This document shows positions 28,258 through 36,324 of a stretch of 45,731 nucleotides of DNA, piece by piece. The DNA lies in assembly GCA_035709505.1 (NCBI GenBank), contig DASTEQ010000184.1, positions 1-45,731 on the forward strand, given 5' to 3'. Each line of letters begins with the position of its first letter. The first letter of the stretch is position 1. The notes beneath the pieces are model-generated. The model saw nothing but the letters and a program-made list of their open reading frames with translations, made no database searches and had not been told where the DNA came from. This DNA is from Candidatus Limnocylindria bacterium. GTDB lineage: Bacteria > Chloroflexota > Limnocylindria > QHBO01. A program made the translations under genes and the position numbers.

Positions 28258-28285
28258 CTGGCTGAGGGCGCTGCCCCTCAGCCAG
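28258..28285. terminator. Bidirectional stem-loop between convergent genes
   Basis: CTGGCTGAGGG (28258-28268) pairs perfectly with CCCTCAGCCAG (28275-28285) around a 6-nt loop. It sits between the FAD oxidase stop and the stop of the minus-strand SRPBCC gene, partly overlapping the latter. Confidence 0.5.
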
Positions 28286-28760
28286 TGGACTTCCAGGGCG
28301 CTGCGAGGCTGGCCCGGCTGGCACCGTGCTCCTCGGCCAGGCATCGGCTCAGCCCGTGGAAATCGCGCAGCAGGATCCGGGCCAGAACGGCGGTAGGAAG
28401 CAGGGCGACGATCCGCAGCCATCCGGCCACGTCGCCCTCGTAGTGCGCCAGGATCCGCGTCCCGCGCGGCTCGGGGTGCAGCCGATACTCGACCCGCGAG
28501 TTCCACGGTGCTGTCGAGTCCCACGTGACGAGCGCATCGGGCTCGAGCGCGACCAGGTGATCGGTGAACCGGATCCGAAATGGACCGATCCGATCCACTG
28601 CCGCCCAGCGGCCGCCCACAGCGGGTGGGCCGTCGTCGAGCTGCCGTCGCTCCACGACCGCCGGCGCCCATTCCGGCCACCGCGTCGGGTCGGCCAGCCA
28701 GGGGAATACGTGTGCTGGTGGGTGTTCGATGGTTACGTCGAGCCGCACCCGTCGCCACAT
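28278..28760 (-). CDS. SRPBCC (START/polyketide-cyclase-like) ligand-binding protein
   Basis: The product is about 160 aa and contains …VTIEHPPAHVFPWLADPTRWPEW…. The alternating beta pattern and long C-terminal helix are typical of the SRPBCC fold. Confidence 0.7.
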   Translation of the reverse strand: MWRRVRLDVTIEHPPAHVFPWLADPTRWPEWAPAVVERRQLDDGPPAVGGRWAAVDRIGPFRIRFTDHLVALEPDALVTWDSTAPWNSRVEYRLHPEPRGTRILAHYEGDVAGWLRIVALLPTAVLARILLRDFHGLSRCLAEEHGASRASLAAPWKSTG

Positions 28761-28828
28761 GACCGCATGGTAATTCGGCCCGCGAGGTGGCCGCGGGTCC
28801 GCGATGGCCGGGTACCCTACCGCCGGAG

Positions 28829-29281
28829 ATGTACCAACTCCTGGTCTACCTGCACATTCTCAGCGGCGTGGTCTGGGTCGGCGGCGCGATCTATGCCCAG
28901 GTACTGGCGTTCCGCGTCAGCCGGTCCGAGGATCCGACCGAGCTGCCGATGGTCGCGCGCCACCTCGCGGCGCTCGGCATCCGGGTGTTCATGCCCGCGT
29001 CCGTCCTGATCATCGTGACCGGCTCGATCATGACCATCCAGCAATGGAGCTTCGGCCAGCTGTGGATCGCCCTCGCCGTCGCCCTGTGGGTCCTTTCCGC
29101 CGCCCTGGGCGGGATCTACGTCGGTCCCCGGATCACTCGCGTGGCTGCGCTGTTCGAAGCGGAGGGGCCGAAGTCCCCGGCCGCGCGGAGCCTTCTGGAG
29201 CGCCTCTTCCTCGTGTCCCGCCTCGAGCTGGTCAGCTTCCTCGTCATCATCGGCCTGATGGTGTTCAAGCCCGGCGCATAG
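28829..29281 (+). CDS. Integral membrane protein (four TM helices, DUF2269/CopD-like appearance)
   Basis: An internal ATG at 28829 begins MYQLLVYLHILSGVVWVGGAIY…. There are four hydrophobic segments. The family call is tentative. Confidence 0.55.
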   Translation: MYQLLVYLHILSGVVWVGGAIYAQVLAFRVSRSEDPTELPMVARHLAALGIRVFMPASVLIIVTGSIMTIQQWSFGQLWIALAVALWVLSAALGGIYVGPRITRVAALFEAEGPKSPAARSLLERLFLVSRLELVSFLVIIGLMVFKPGA

Positions 29282-29285
29282 TCCG

Positions 29286-30458
29286 TCAGCGCGGCCCGAC
29301 CTCGCCGGCGACGATCCTCGCCTTGGGGATCTCCTTGTCGGGGTCGATAAACGGCATGGGGACGACCGTGGCCTCGCGCTCCCCGTCGGGCGTGGACACG
29401 CTTACCTTGTGACCGTCCACCGCCCGTTCGATCGGCAACCAGGCGTAACCAATGTTCCGCTCCAGCCGCGGCGACCACAGCGCGGTCGTCACCTGGCCCA
29501 CCGCTCCGCCGTCGGCGGTAACCGGCCATTTCGTGAAGTTCATCTCCAACCGATCCCCGCTGATCTCGACGCCGACCAGCTTGCGGCTGATCCCGGTTCG
29601 ACGGACCTCCTGCAGGGCGGCCTTGCCCAGGAACTCGAAGTCCCCGTCGAGGTGGCACAGGCGCTCGAGGCCGACCTCGAACGCGTTGTGCTCGAGCCCC
29701 ATGTCGGCTCCCCAGTTGAGGATGCCGCCTTCGACCCGACGGATGTCCGACGGGCCGGTGGGCTTGATCTGGAATGGGCGCCCGGCATCCATGATCCGCT
29801 CCCAGAGGGCGGTCCCGTGCTGCCCGTCGCGGAGGTAGATCTCGTACCCGACCTCCGCCGTCCAGCCGGTGCGGGTCACGACCACCGGGATGCCGTCGAG
29901 CGAGAGCTCACGGAACCAGTAGTACTTCAGCGAGAGGATGTCCTCGCCGAACAGGGCGGCGACCACGTCGCTGGAGCGCGGACCCTGGATCTGGACCGGT
30001 GACACGTCCGGCTCGCCGATCTGCACGTCCCAGCCCAGGTTGGCGGCCAGGCCCATGGCGTACAGGAGGGCATCCGAGCTGGCGAGGGCAAACCAGAAGT
30101 GGTTCTCGCCGAGGCGCAGCATCACCGGGTCATTCACGATCCCGCCGTCCGGGGCGGTGATCAGCACGTACTTGCCCTGGCCCACCGCACATTTCGACAG
30201 GTCGCGCGGGGTGAGCAGCTGGGCGAAGCGGAACCCGTCACGGCCCTGGATCTCGAGGTTCCGCTCGACGGCCACGTCCCACAGCGTCACGTGGTGCAGG
30301 AGGTGCCAGTACTCGGCCTCGAAGTCGTCGTAGTTGGTCGGGAACAGCATGTGGTTGTAGACCGTGTAGCCCTTCGGGCTGTAGGCCTGCTCCGCCTCGT
30401 AGAACGGCGACCGCCGCAGGCGCGCGCCTCGCTGGACCAGGGACATGTCGAAAGCCAT
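29286..30458 (-). CDS. Aminomethyltransferase (GcvT) family protein, DmdA-like branch (tetrahydrofolate-dependent demethylase candidate)
   Basis: ATG 30458 is preceded by GGAGGAG on the minus strand; the listed GTG 30470 is an alternative start. The product contains RRSPFYE…GYTVYNHMLFPTNY…EYWHL…VTLWDVAVERNLEIQG…NDPVMLRL..NHFWFAL. From memory, this pattern resembles DMSP/methylamine demethylase-type T-proteins rather than the glycine-cleavage T-protein. Confidence 0.75.
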   Translation of the reverse strand: MAFDMSLVQRGARLRRSPFYEAEQAYSPKGYTVYNHMLFPTNYDDFEAEYWHLLHHVTLWDVAVERNLEIQGRDGFRFAQLLTPRDLSKCAVGQGKYVLITAPDGGIVNDPVMLRLGENHFWFALASSDALLYAMGLAANLGWDVQIGEPDVSPVQIQGPRSSDVVAALFGEDILSLKYYWFRELSLDGIPVVVTRTGWTAEVGYEIYLRDGQHGTALWERIMDAGRPFQIKPTGPSDIRRVEGGILNWGADMGLEHNAFEVGLERLCHLDGDFEFLGKAALQEVRRTGISRKLVGVEISGDRLEMNFTKWPVTADGGAVGQVTTALWSPRLERNIGYAWLPIERAVDGHKVSVSTPDGEREATVVPMPFIDPDKEIPKARIVAGEVGPR

Positions 30459-30541
30459 GCGCTCCTCCACTGGATGGACCGATTCCGGTGCGCCCCTTCT
30501 ACACGACCGGCGCCATTACGCGCTCGCCGGTTCGACCGATG

Positions 30542-31459
30542 TCAGGGCGACGGTGCGGGCGTCGGCGGCACGGGGGTCGGCGTCGGGGGCTCCGGCGTCG
30601 GCGGCTCCGGGGTAGGCGTGGGGGTCGGTTCCGGAGGAATTGATGGCGTCGGCGTTGGTGGCGGCGGCGTCGGGGCAGGGGTCGGCGTCGGAGCCGGCGG
30701 GGAGAGGGTCGTGCCCGTGATCGTGTTCGAGAATGGCCCGAGCCAGCTGACGTTGACGGCGCGGATTCGGTAGGAGTAGGTCGTGCCCGGCGCGAGCCCC
30801 GTGTTCGTCAGGCTATGCGTGCTGGCGGGTAGCTCCCCCAGCTTCTGCCATGTGCCGCTCCCGATGCGGCGCCAGATGTCCCATTTCTGCACGGGACCGC
30901 CGCCGCTCCCGTTCGACCAGAACATGTTGATCGAGGTCTGAGTGACCGCGCCTCGCGACAGGCTCGGCGCCGCCGGAGCGGGCAGGGGCGTCGCCTGCGG
31001 ATCGAGCGACGGCAGGGGGATGAAGGTCGGGATCGGTGAGGGAGTCGGCTCCGCGACGCTGGGTTCGCCGGCGGGCTCGGGGCCCACGGATCCCGGCTCG
31101 TCCGGGGTGGGCTCGGCGGAGCCGGTCTCGAAGGCAACTCCGTCAGAGGGCGCCGGCAGACCGCCGACGAGTCCGGCCAGCTGCGAAGCCGCGAAGACCA
31201 CGATCACGCCGGCGACGACCGTCCCCAGGACGGCGCCCCCTCTCCGCGCCCAGGCCAGCGCGAGCACGAGCCGCGACGGTGCGGCCGCCGGCGGGGGAGA
31301 GCCGGCGGCGCTCACGTCCACCGTGGCCAGCGAGTCGAACGCTCCCAGCCGCCGCGCACACGAATCGCAGACAGCGGCGTGAACGGCGAGTTCCCTCGGC
31401 GGATCGCCGATGGCCCCCTCGATCAGCCAGGCCTCGAGCAGGTGGTGCGAATCGGTCAT
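30542..31459 (-). CDS. Membrane-anchored zinc-binding anti-sigma factor (ZAS) with an extracytoplasmic FN3 domain and a terminal Pro/Thr-rich tail
   Basis: The start makes an ATGA overlap with the upstream sigma-like gene. The HxxxCxxC motif (HAAVCDSC) is present, with one TM helix (AVLGTVVAGVIVVFAASQLAGLV). An FN3-like block follows (…TSINMFWSNG…WDIWRR…TYSYRIRAVN…). The last 52 aa or so are almost pure P/T/E (…PTPTPAPTPPPPTPTP…). Confidence 0.7.
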   Translation of the reverse strand: MTDSHHLLEAWLIEGAIGDPPRELAVHAAVCDSCARRLGAFDSLATVDVSAAGSPPPAAAPSRLVLALAWARRGGAVLGTVVAGVIVVFAASQLAGLVGGLPAPSDGVAFETGSAEPTPDEPGSVGPEPAGEPSVAEPTPSPIPTFIPLPSLDPQATPLPAPAAPSLSRGAVTQTSINMFWSNGSGGGPVQKWDIWRRIGSGTWQKLGELPASTHSLTNTGLAPGTTYSYRIRAVNVSWLGPFSNTITGTTLSPPAPTPTPAPTPPPPTPTPSIPPEPTPTPTPEPPTPEPPTPTPVPPTPAPSP

Positions 31460-31995
31460 TCGCGGGATCCGGACCAGATCGGCCCAGCCGCCGCCCGCAC
31501 TCGGGTGGCGAGCTCGCCCTGGGGTGGGGTGAAGTCACGCGACTGCGCGGCAGCCAGGTAGGCCGTCAGGAAGTCGCGTCGCGCGCGTCGGACCCGCTCG
31601 TCGCTGCCGACGATCTCAAAGACATCAGCGATCGCGAAGCCCTCCACCGCAGTCGCCACCACCGCCGCCCGGCTGCGAACGTTCAGACTGGCCAACGCGT
31701 CGTAGGTCGGGGGGTCGACCCCTATCGAGCGAAGAGCATCCCGTCGCTCGGTTTCGTTCGGGCGCCGACGTCCCCAGGCCGGACGGCCCGCGGCGCTCGT
31801 GGCCTGGCCGCGGAGCCAGGCGGCGGCCCGGACCGGGTGCCGGAGCTGCTCGATGCGTGCGATGCCGGCGCCGAGCGCTTCCGAGGTCAGCTGTCCCGCG
31901 CGTCCGGCGTCGCCCAGGGTGACGAGCATGGCGAATCCCAGCAGTCGGTCGCCGTGCAGCTCCACGAAGTCCTGCTCTCGGGCGTGATCGTCCAC
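31456..31995 (-). CDS. Divergent sigma-70 family (ECF-like) protein
   Basis: GTG 31995 is chosen as the start. The region-2-like segment is FVELHGDRLLGFAMLVTLGD…AAAWLRGQA. The region-4-like HTH is LNVRSRAAVVATAVEGFAIADVFEIVGSDERVRRARRDFLTAYL. It is coupled to a ZAS anti-sigma gene. The sequence is far from consensus, so both the call and the start are tentative. Confidence 0.5.
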   Translation of the reverse strand: MDDHAREQDFVELHGDRLLGFAMLVTLGDAGRAGQLTSEALGAGIARIEQLRHPVRAAAWLRGQATSAAGRPAWGRRRPNETERRDALRSIGVDPPTYDALASLNVRSRAAVVATAVEGFAIADVFEIVGSDERVRRARRDFLTAYLAAAQSRDFTPPQGELATRVRAAAGPIWSGSRE

Positions 31996-32056
31996 GTCAC
32001 CGATGGTAGCCCACGAGCGTTTGAACTCCTGAAGGCCCGGCGGAGTACCAATCGCG

Positions 32057-32084
32057 TTGAAATCGCTTGACAATGGACTAAAAT
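32057..32084 (+). promoter_or_regulatory. Putative sigma-70 promoter for dnaG-rpoD (TTGAAA-16 nt-TAAAAT)
   Basis: TTGAAA lies at 32057-32062 and TAAAAT at 32079-32084, with a 16-nt spacer. They sit in the only AT-rich island of this intergenic region, about 75 nt upstream of the dnaG ATG. Confidence 0.45.
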
Positions 32085-32127
32085 AGGGTCCAGACACTTG
32101 ACAGAACTCTTGACAAATCCCTTGACA
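32066..32127 (+). repeat. Four direct CTTGACA heptamers, three phased at exactly 12 bp
   Basis: CTTGACA occurs at 32066-32072, 32097-32103, 32109-32115 and 32121-32127. None of the last three has a recognisable -10 element at 16-18 nt. Confidence 0.8.
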
Positions 32128-32159
32128 GGCGCGGTCCCGCCCGCGCGCAGGACATTCCA

Positions 32160-33977
32160 ATGAGCTCAGCCGGCTCGGTCGCCGACATCAAGTCCCGCCT
32201 GCCCGTCGCCGAAATCGTGGGTGAGACGGTCACGCTCAAGCGTGCCGGATCGACCTGGAAAGGCCTCTGCCCGTTCCACGTCGAGAAGACGCCGTCGTTC
32301 ACGGTCAGCCCCGAGCGGGAGTCCTGGCATTGCTTTGGCTGTGGCGAGCACGGGGACATCTTCACTTTCGTCATGAAGCGCGACGGCATTGACTTCCGCG
32401 AGGCCCTCGGCCGTCTGGCTGAGCGGGCCGGTGTTGAGCTGTCCGCCGCCGGGGCGCGGGAGGATCGCCGGCGCAAGCGCCTGAGGGACGCCCTCGAAGC
32501 CGCCATTGCCTGGTACCGCGAGGTCCTCCGACAAGCTCGTCAGGCCGAGCCTGCTCGCCAATATCTCACCGAGCGCGGCTTCTCCGATGAGACCCTGGAT
32601 CGGTTCTCCATCGGTTTCGCGCCCGACAGCTGGGATGCCCTGGTCAAGCGCCTCGCGGCGCGTGGCTTCTCATCCGAGGAGATGGTCGCCGCTGGCCTGG
32701 CGTCCATGGGCCAACGCGGGCGGCCCGTGGATCGGTTCCGGCGCCGGATCATCATCCCGATCCGGGACGCGTCCGGTCGGGCGACCGGACTCGGAGGCCG
32801 CGTCATGCCCGACGGGGAGGGGCCGAAGTACCTGAACTCCCCGGCCACGCCGCTGTTCGACAAGAGCCGCACGCTGTTCGGGATCGACCTCGCGCGGGCC
32901 GCCATCCGCCGCGAGAAGCTGGCGGTCATCGTCGAGGGTTACACCGATGTGATGGCCGCCCACCAGGCTGGGTTCACGAACGTCGTGGCATCCATGGGCA
33001 CCGCGCTGACTCGCGGGCAGGTGGACATCGTGACCCGCTACGCGGACGCCATCACGCTCGCGTACGACGTGGACCTGGCCGGCGAGGCGGCCACTGAGCG
33101 CGGACTGCTCGAGGAGCTCGGGCCGAGTCAGAGCGTGACCAAGCTGAGGGTGATGCGGATTCCTGCCGGGAAGGATCCGGCCGACCTCCTGCAGACCGAT
33201 CCCGACGCCTGGCGGGAGGGAATCGAGAACGCCAAACCGCTCATCGACTACTTCATGGAGCGTGAGGCGGCGCGAGTCGACCTGGGCACGGTCGCGGGCC
33301 GCCGCGAAATGGCCGGCCGCGTCCTCGCCAAGCTGCAGCGCGTGACCGACTCCGTCGTCCAGGATCTCTACGTCCAGGAGCTTTCGCGCATCGTCAAGGT
33401 CGATGAAAAGATCCTGCGTGAGGGCCTGGCTCGACCACGCGTCCAGCGCAGGGCGGCGCCCGCGGCATCAGACCCGGTGGGTCCGGGAACTCCCGCCCTC
33501 AACGCGGTGGAGACCGAGACGCTTGCCCTGCTCATTCGCCATCCAACGCTGACCGCCGACCTGGACACCAATCCGCTGCCCTTTGGACGTCCCGAGGCAG
33601 CCTCGCTGGCGGAGGCCTGGCGCAGCTGGGTCGCGGCATCCGAGACGAGCCAGGTCGACGTCGAGGGATTCCTCGGCGGCCTGGATCCGATCTCGAGCGA
33701 ACTGGCGCGCAGTGCGATCGATGCCGCCGCATCTGCTCCGCGCCTCGAGCCCGCGGTCGCCGCCGAAGCACTGCGGGTCTGCCGCCTCCGCCTGCGTCGA
33801 GCGCGGATCGAGGAGGCCATCGGCGACGGACGCAACCTGCTGGAGGACGCGGAGCGAGACGGGGACCGCGAGCTCCTCGAGCAAATCGAGACGCACATCA
33901 CCCGACTCGGCCGCGAAAAGGCCGAGGTCACCCGAATGTTGGCGACGCCGGCGGTGCCGGCGCAAGGAGGATCCTGA
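32160..33977 (+). CDS. dnaG: DNA primase
   Basis: A zinc-ribbon is present (CPFHVEKTPSFTVSPERESWHCFGCGEHGD). The TOPRIM region contains IVEGYTDVMAAHQAG. The size is 605 aa. Confidence 0.95.
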   Translation: MSSAGSVADIKSRLPVAEIVGETVTLKRAGSTWKGLCPFHVEKTPSFTVSPERESWHCFGCGEHGDIFTFVMKRDGIDFREALGRLAERAGVELSAAGAREDRRRKRLRDALEAAIAWYREVLRQARQAEPARQYLTERGFSDETLDRFSIGFAPDSWDALVKRLAARGFSSEEMVAAGLASMGQRGRPVDRFRRRIIIPIRDASGRATGLGGRVMPDGEGPKYLNSPATPLFDKSRTLFGIDLARAAIRREKLAVIVEGYTDVMAAHQAGFTNVVASMGTALTRGQVDIVTRYADAITLAYDVDLAGEAATERGLLEELGPSQSVTKLRVMRIPAGKDPADLLQTDPDAWREGIENAKPLIDYFMEREAARVDLGTVAGRREMAGRVLAKLQRVTDSVVQDLYVQELSRIVKVDEKILREGLARPRVQRRAAPAASDPVGPGTPALNAVETETLALLIRHPTLTADLDTNPLPFGRPEAASLAEAWRSWVAASETSQVDVEGFLGGLDPISSELARSAIDAAASAPRLEPAVAAEALRVCRLRLRRARIEEAIGDGRNLLEDAERDGDRELLEQIETHITRLGREKAEVTRMLATPAVPAQGGS

Positions 33978-36254
33978 GTGGCGATAAAGACCCCAACCCG
34001 TGAGCAAGCCAAGGCGGCCAAGGCCGACGGCAAGATACCCGTCAAGGCGGATGCAGCCAAGACGAAGGCAACGACGATGAAGAAGGCGGCACCGATGAAG
34101 GCAACGCCGCCGAAGGCAACTGCGACGAAGGCAACGGCTGCCACGGCTTCCGCCGGACCCCCAGCCAAGTCAGCGAAGCCCGCCGCAAAGCCGGCACCGA
34201 AGGCCAGCGCCACGGCCGGGAAGCCGACGACGGTCCCACCAGCCGCGGTGAAGGCTGCGCCGGCGAAGGCTGCGACCACGGCGAAGGCTGCGACCACGGC
34301 GAAGCCTGCCCCAGCGAAGGTTGCCCCAGCGAAGGCCGCAGCCCCACCACCGAAGCCGGCGACGGCAAAGACGACGGCAGCGAAGGCCGTGGCCGGCCGG
34401 AGCACGACCGTGAAGGCCGCCGTGCCCACGGGGGCGGTCGCTCGCAAGCCGGCAAGGACGACGACCAAGGCGACGCCTGCCTCGACCTCGGCCGACCCCT
34501 CCGAGGATGCGGCTTCGGCGGTCGAGGATCTCCTGTCCCACGGCCGCGAAGACGGCTTCATCACGCATGACCAGATCCTCGCGGCCGTACCAAGCCCGGA
34601 GACAAACCTCGAGGCGGTCGAGGACCTGTTTGCCGGAGCGGAGGAGCAGGGGGTCGAGGTCTTCGACGCGGAGAACCAGCCCACCTTCAGCGAGCCCGCT
34701 GATGAGGTCGCGGTCTCGCTCCCCGGCGAGGAAGGCGAGGCGGAAGGCAAGGCCGAGAAGGAGCCAGAGGAGGACCTCGAGGCGCTCGCCGCCGACCTGA
34801 TCGGGATCGACGACCCGGTCCGGATGTACCTCAAGGAGATCGGGAAGGTCGCGCTGCTGACGGCAGAGGAAGAGGTCGTCCTGGCCAAGGCCATCGAGCT
34901 CGGCGAGCTGGCCATCGAGGACCCCGGGCGGGCGATGACCAACCTCTACACCTGGGTCACCCTCAACTCCGAGCCGAAGGCCAGGGCCATGGCGGCGATG
35001 CGCGCCTTCGACCTGCCGCAGGACTCACCCCACGTCACGCTCGACGCGATCGACTGGTGGGTGAAGAAGAAGAACCCGATCGAGCGGCCGAACATCCGCT
35101 TCACGAAAGCGCGCCGCGACCCTGACCTCGATGACGAGGGCCGGGGAAGAATCCTCGAGGCCGAGTCCCTCCTGAAGTCGCTGGCGACCGATCCGGGGCA
35201 GGCGCTCAAGGACGCGGTCCTGTTCGGGCACACCTATCGGTTCAAGGTGCTCGAGCAGCCGGGCAAGGAGGAGCTGTACGGGCTCGAGCGCTGGGCGCGC
35301 GAGACCGCGCAGGCCATCACCCGCGCGTACATCGAGGCGGGCAACGACGCGGAGTACATGAAGTCGATGGGCTACGACCCGGCGATCCCGCCCGAGGTTC
35401 CGCTCGAGCGGCGCTCGGGCCGCCTGGTCGAGCAGAGCACCGACGGCCGTCGCCGCCTGACCGAGGCCAACCTGCGCCTGGTGGTCAGCATCGCGAAGAA
35501 GTACATCGGGCGGGGGATGAGCTTCCTCGACCTCATCCAGGAGGGGAACATCGGTCTCATCCGGGCGGTCGAGAAGTTCGAATACGAGAAGGGCTTCAAA
35601 TTCTCGACCTACGCCACGTGGTGGATCCGGCAGGCGATCACCCGGGCCATCGCCGACCAGGCCCGGACGATCCGGATCCCGGTCCACATGGTGGAGACCA
35701 TCAACCGCCTGATCCGGGTCAGCCGAACCCTGCTCCAGGAGCTCGGCCGCGAGCCGACGGTGGAGGAGATCGCGCGCCGGATGAGCCGTGACGAGATCGT
35801 CCGCGAGCTGCGGGACAAGCTCGAGCGCGAGCCGACCGAGGCCGAGGTCGACAAGCGGGAGGCGGCCGGGCCGCAGACCGTGAGCCCGGAGAAGGTCCGC
35901 GAGATCATGAAGGTGTCGCAGGAGCCGGTGAGCCTCGAGACGCCGATCGGCGAGGAGGAGGACTCGCACCTGGGCGATTTCATCCCGGACCTGGCGTCCG
36001 TCGCCCCGGCTGACGCGGCCAGCCATCAGCTCCTCAAGGAGCAAGTGGAAGGCGTTCTGGACTCGCTCACCCCGCGGGAGCGGCGCGTGCTCCAGCTCCG
36101 GTTCGGCCTGGAGGACGGGCGATCGCGGACCCTGGAGGAGGTCGGGCGCGACTTCAACGTGACCCGCGAGCGGATCCGCCAGATCGAGGCCAAGGCCCTC
36201 CGCAAGCTCCGGCATCCAAGCCGCAGCCGCAAGCTGAAGGACTACCTGGAGTAG
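33978..36254 (+). CDS. rpoD: Primary (group 1) RNA polymerase sigma factor with a long Lys/Ala/Pro/Thr-rich N-terminal extension
   Basis: The GTG start lies immediately after the dnaG TGA. Region 1.2 is [11 protein letters not shown]. Region 2 is [14 protein letters not shown]…[55 protein letters not shown]. Region 4 is [15 protein letters not shown]…[27 protein letters not shown]. Confidence 0.95.
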   Translation: MAIKTPTREQAKAAKADGKIPVKADAAKTKATTMKKAAPMKATPPKATATKATAATASAGPPAKSAKPAAKPAPKASATAGKPTTVPPAAVKAAPAKAATTAKAATTAKPAPAKVAPAKAAAPPPKPATAKTTAAKAVAGRSTTVKAAVPTGAVARKPARTTTKATPASTSADPSEDAASAVEDLLSHGREDGFITHDQILAAVPSPETNLEAVEDLFAGAEEQGVEVFDAENQPTFSEPADEVAVSLPGEEGEAEGKAEKEPEEDLEALAADLIGIDDPVRMYLKEIGKVALLTAEEEVVLAKAIELGELAIEDPGRAMTNLYTWVTLNSEPKARAMAAMRAFDLPQDSPHVTLDAIDWWVKKKNPIERPNIRFTKARRDPDLDDEGRGRILEAESLLKSLATDPGQALKDAVLFGHTYRFKVLEQPGKEELYGLERWARETAQAITRAYIEAGNDAEYMKSMGYDPAIPPEVPLERRSGRLVEQSTDGRRRLTEANLRLVVSIAKKYIGRGMSFLDLIQEGNIGLIRAVEKFEYEKGFKFSTYATWWIRQAITRAIADQARTIRIPVHMVETINRLIRVSRTLLQELGREPTVEEIARRMSRDEIVRELRDKLEREPTEAEVDKREAAGPQTVSPEKVREIMKVSQEPVSLETPIGEEEDSHLGDFIPDLASVAPADAASHQLLKEQVEGVLDSLTPRERRVLQLRFGLEDGRSRTLEEVGRDFNVTRERIRQIEAKALRKLRHPSRSRKLKDYLE
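34263..34335 (+). repeat. In-frame short tandem repeats inside the rpoD N-terminal extension
   Basis: GCGAAGGCTGCGACCACG occurs twice (34263-34280 and 34281-34298). It is followed by two 15-nt units, GCGAAG(cc/gt)TGCCCCA (34299-34328). Together they encode [22 protein letters not shown]. Confidence 0.8.
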
Positions 36255-36281
36255 ACCGATGACGGGTGGCCAGCCGGCCGC

Positions 36282-36324
36282 CTGAAAGCCTTGACACGAG
36301 TCATATATTCACAATATGACTCGT
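36282..36324 (+). promoter_or_regulatory. Promoter and palindromic operator of the TetR gene (start codon inside the right half-site)
   Basis: A perfect 11-bp inverted repeat is present: ACGAGTCATAT (36296-36306), a 7-nt spacer, then ATATGACTCGT (36314-36324). TTGACA lies at 36291-36296 and TATATT at 36304-36309. The TATATT ends 6 nt before ATG 36316, consistent with a leaderless transcript. Confidence 0.55.

Noticed and set aside
31996-32160. N-terminal extension of the sigma-like ORF to TTG 32160; it would encode CQGICQEFCQVS, a CQxx repeat arising from the CTTGACA array
   Set aside because: The extension is encoded by the AT-rich promoter island and runs up to and overlaps the first base of the dnaG start codon (32160). 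The repeat is better explained as a DNA-level regulatory element. It is kept in mind only as an unlikely alternative.
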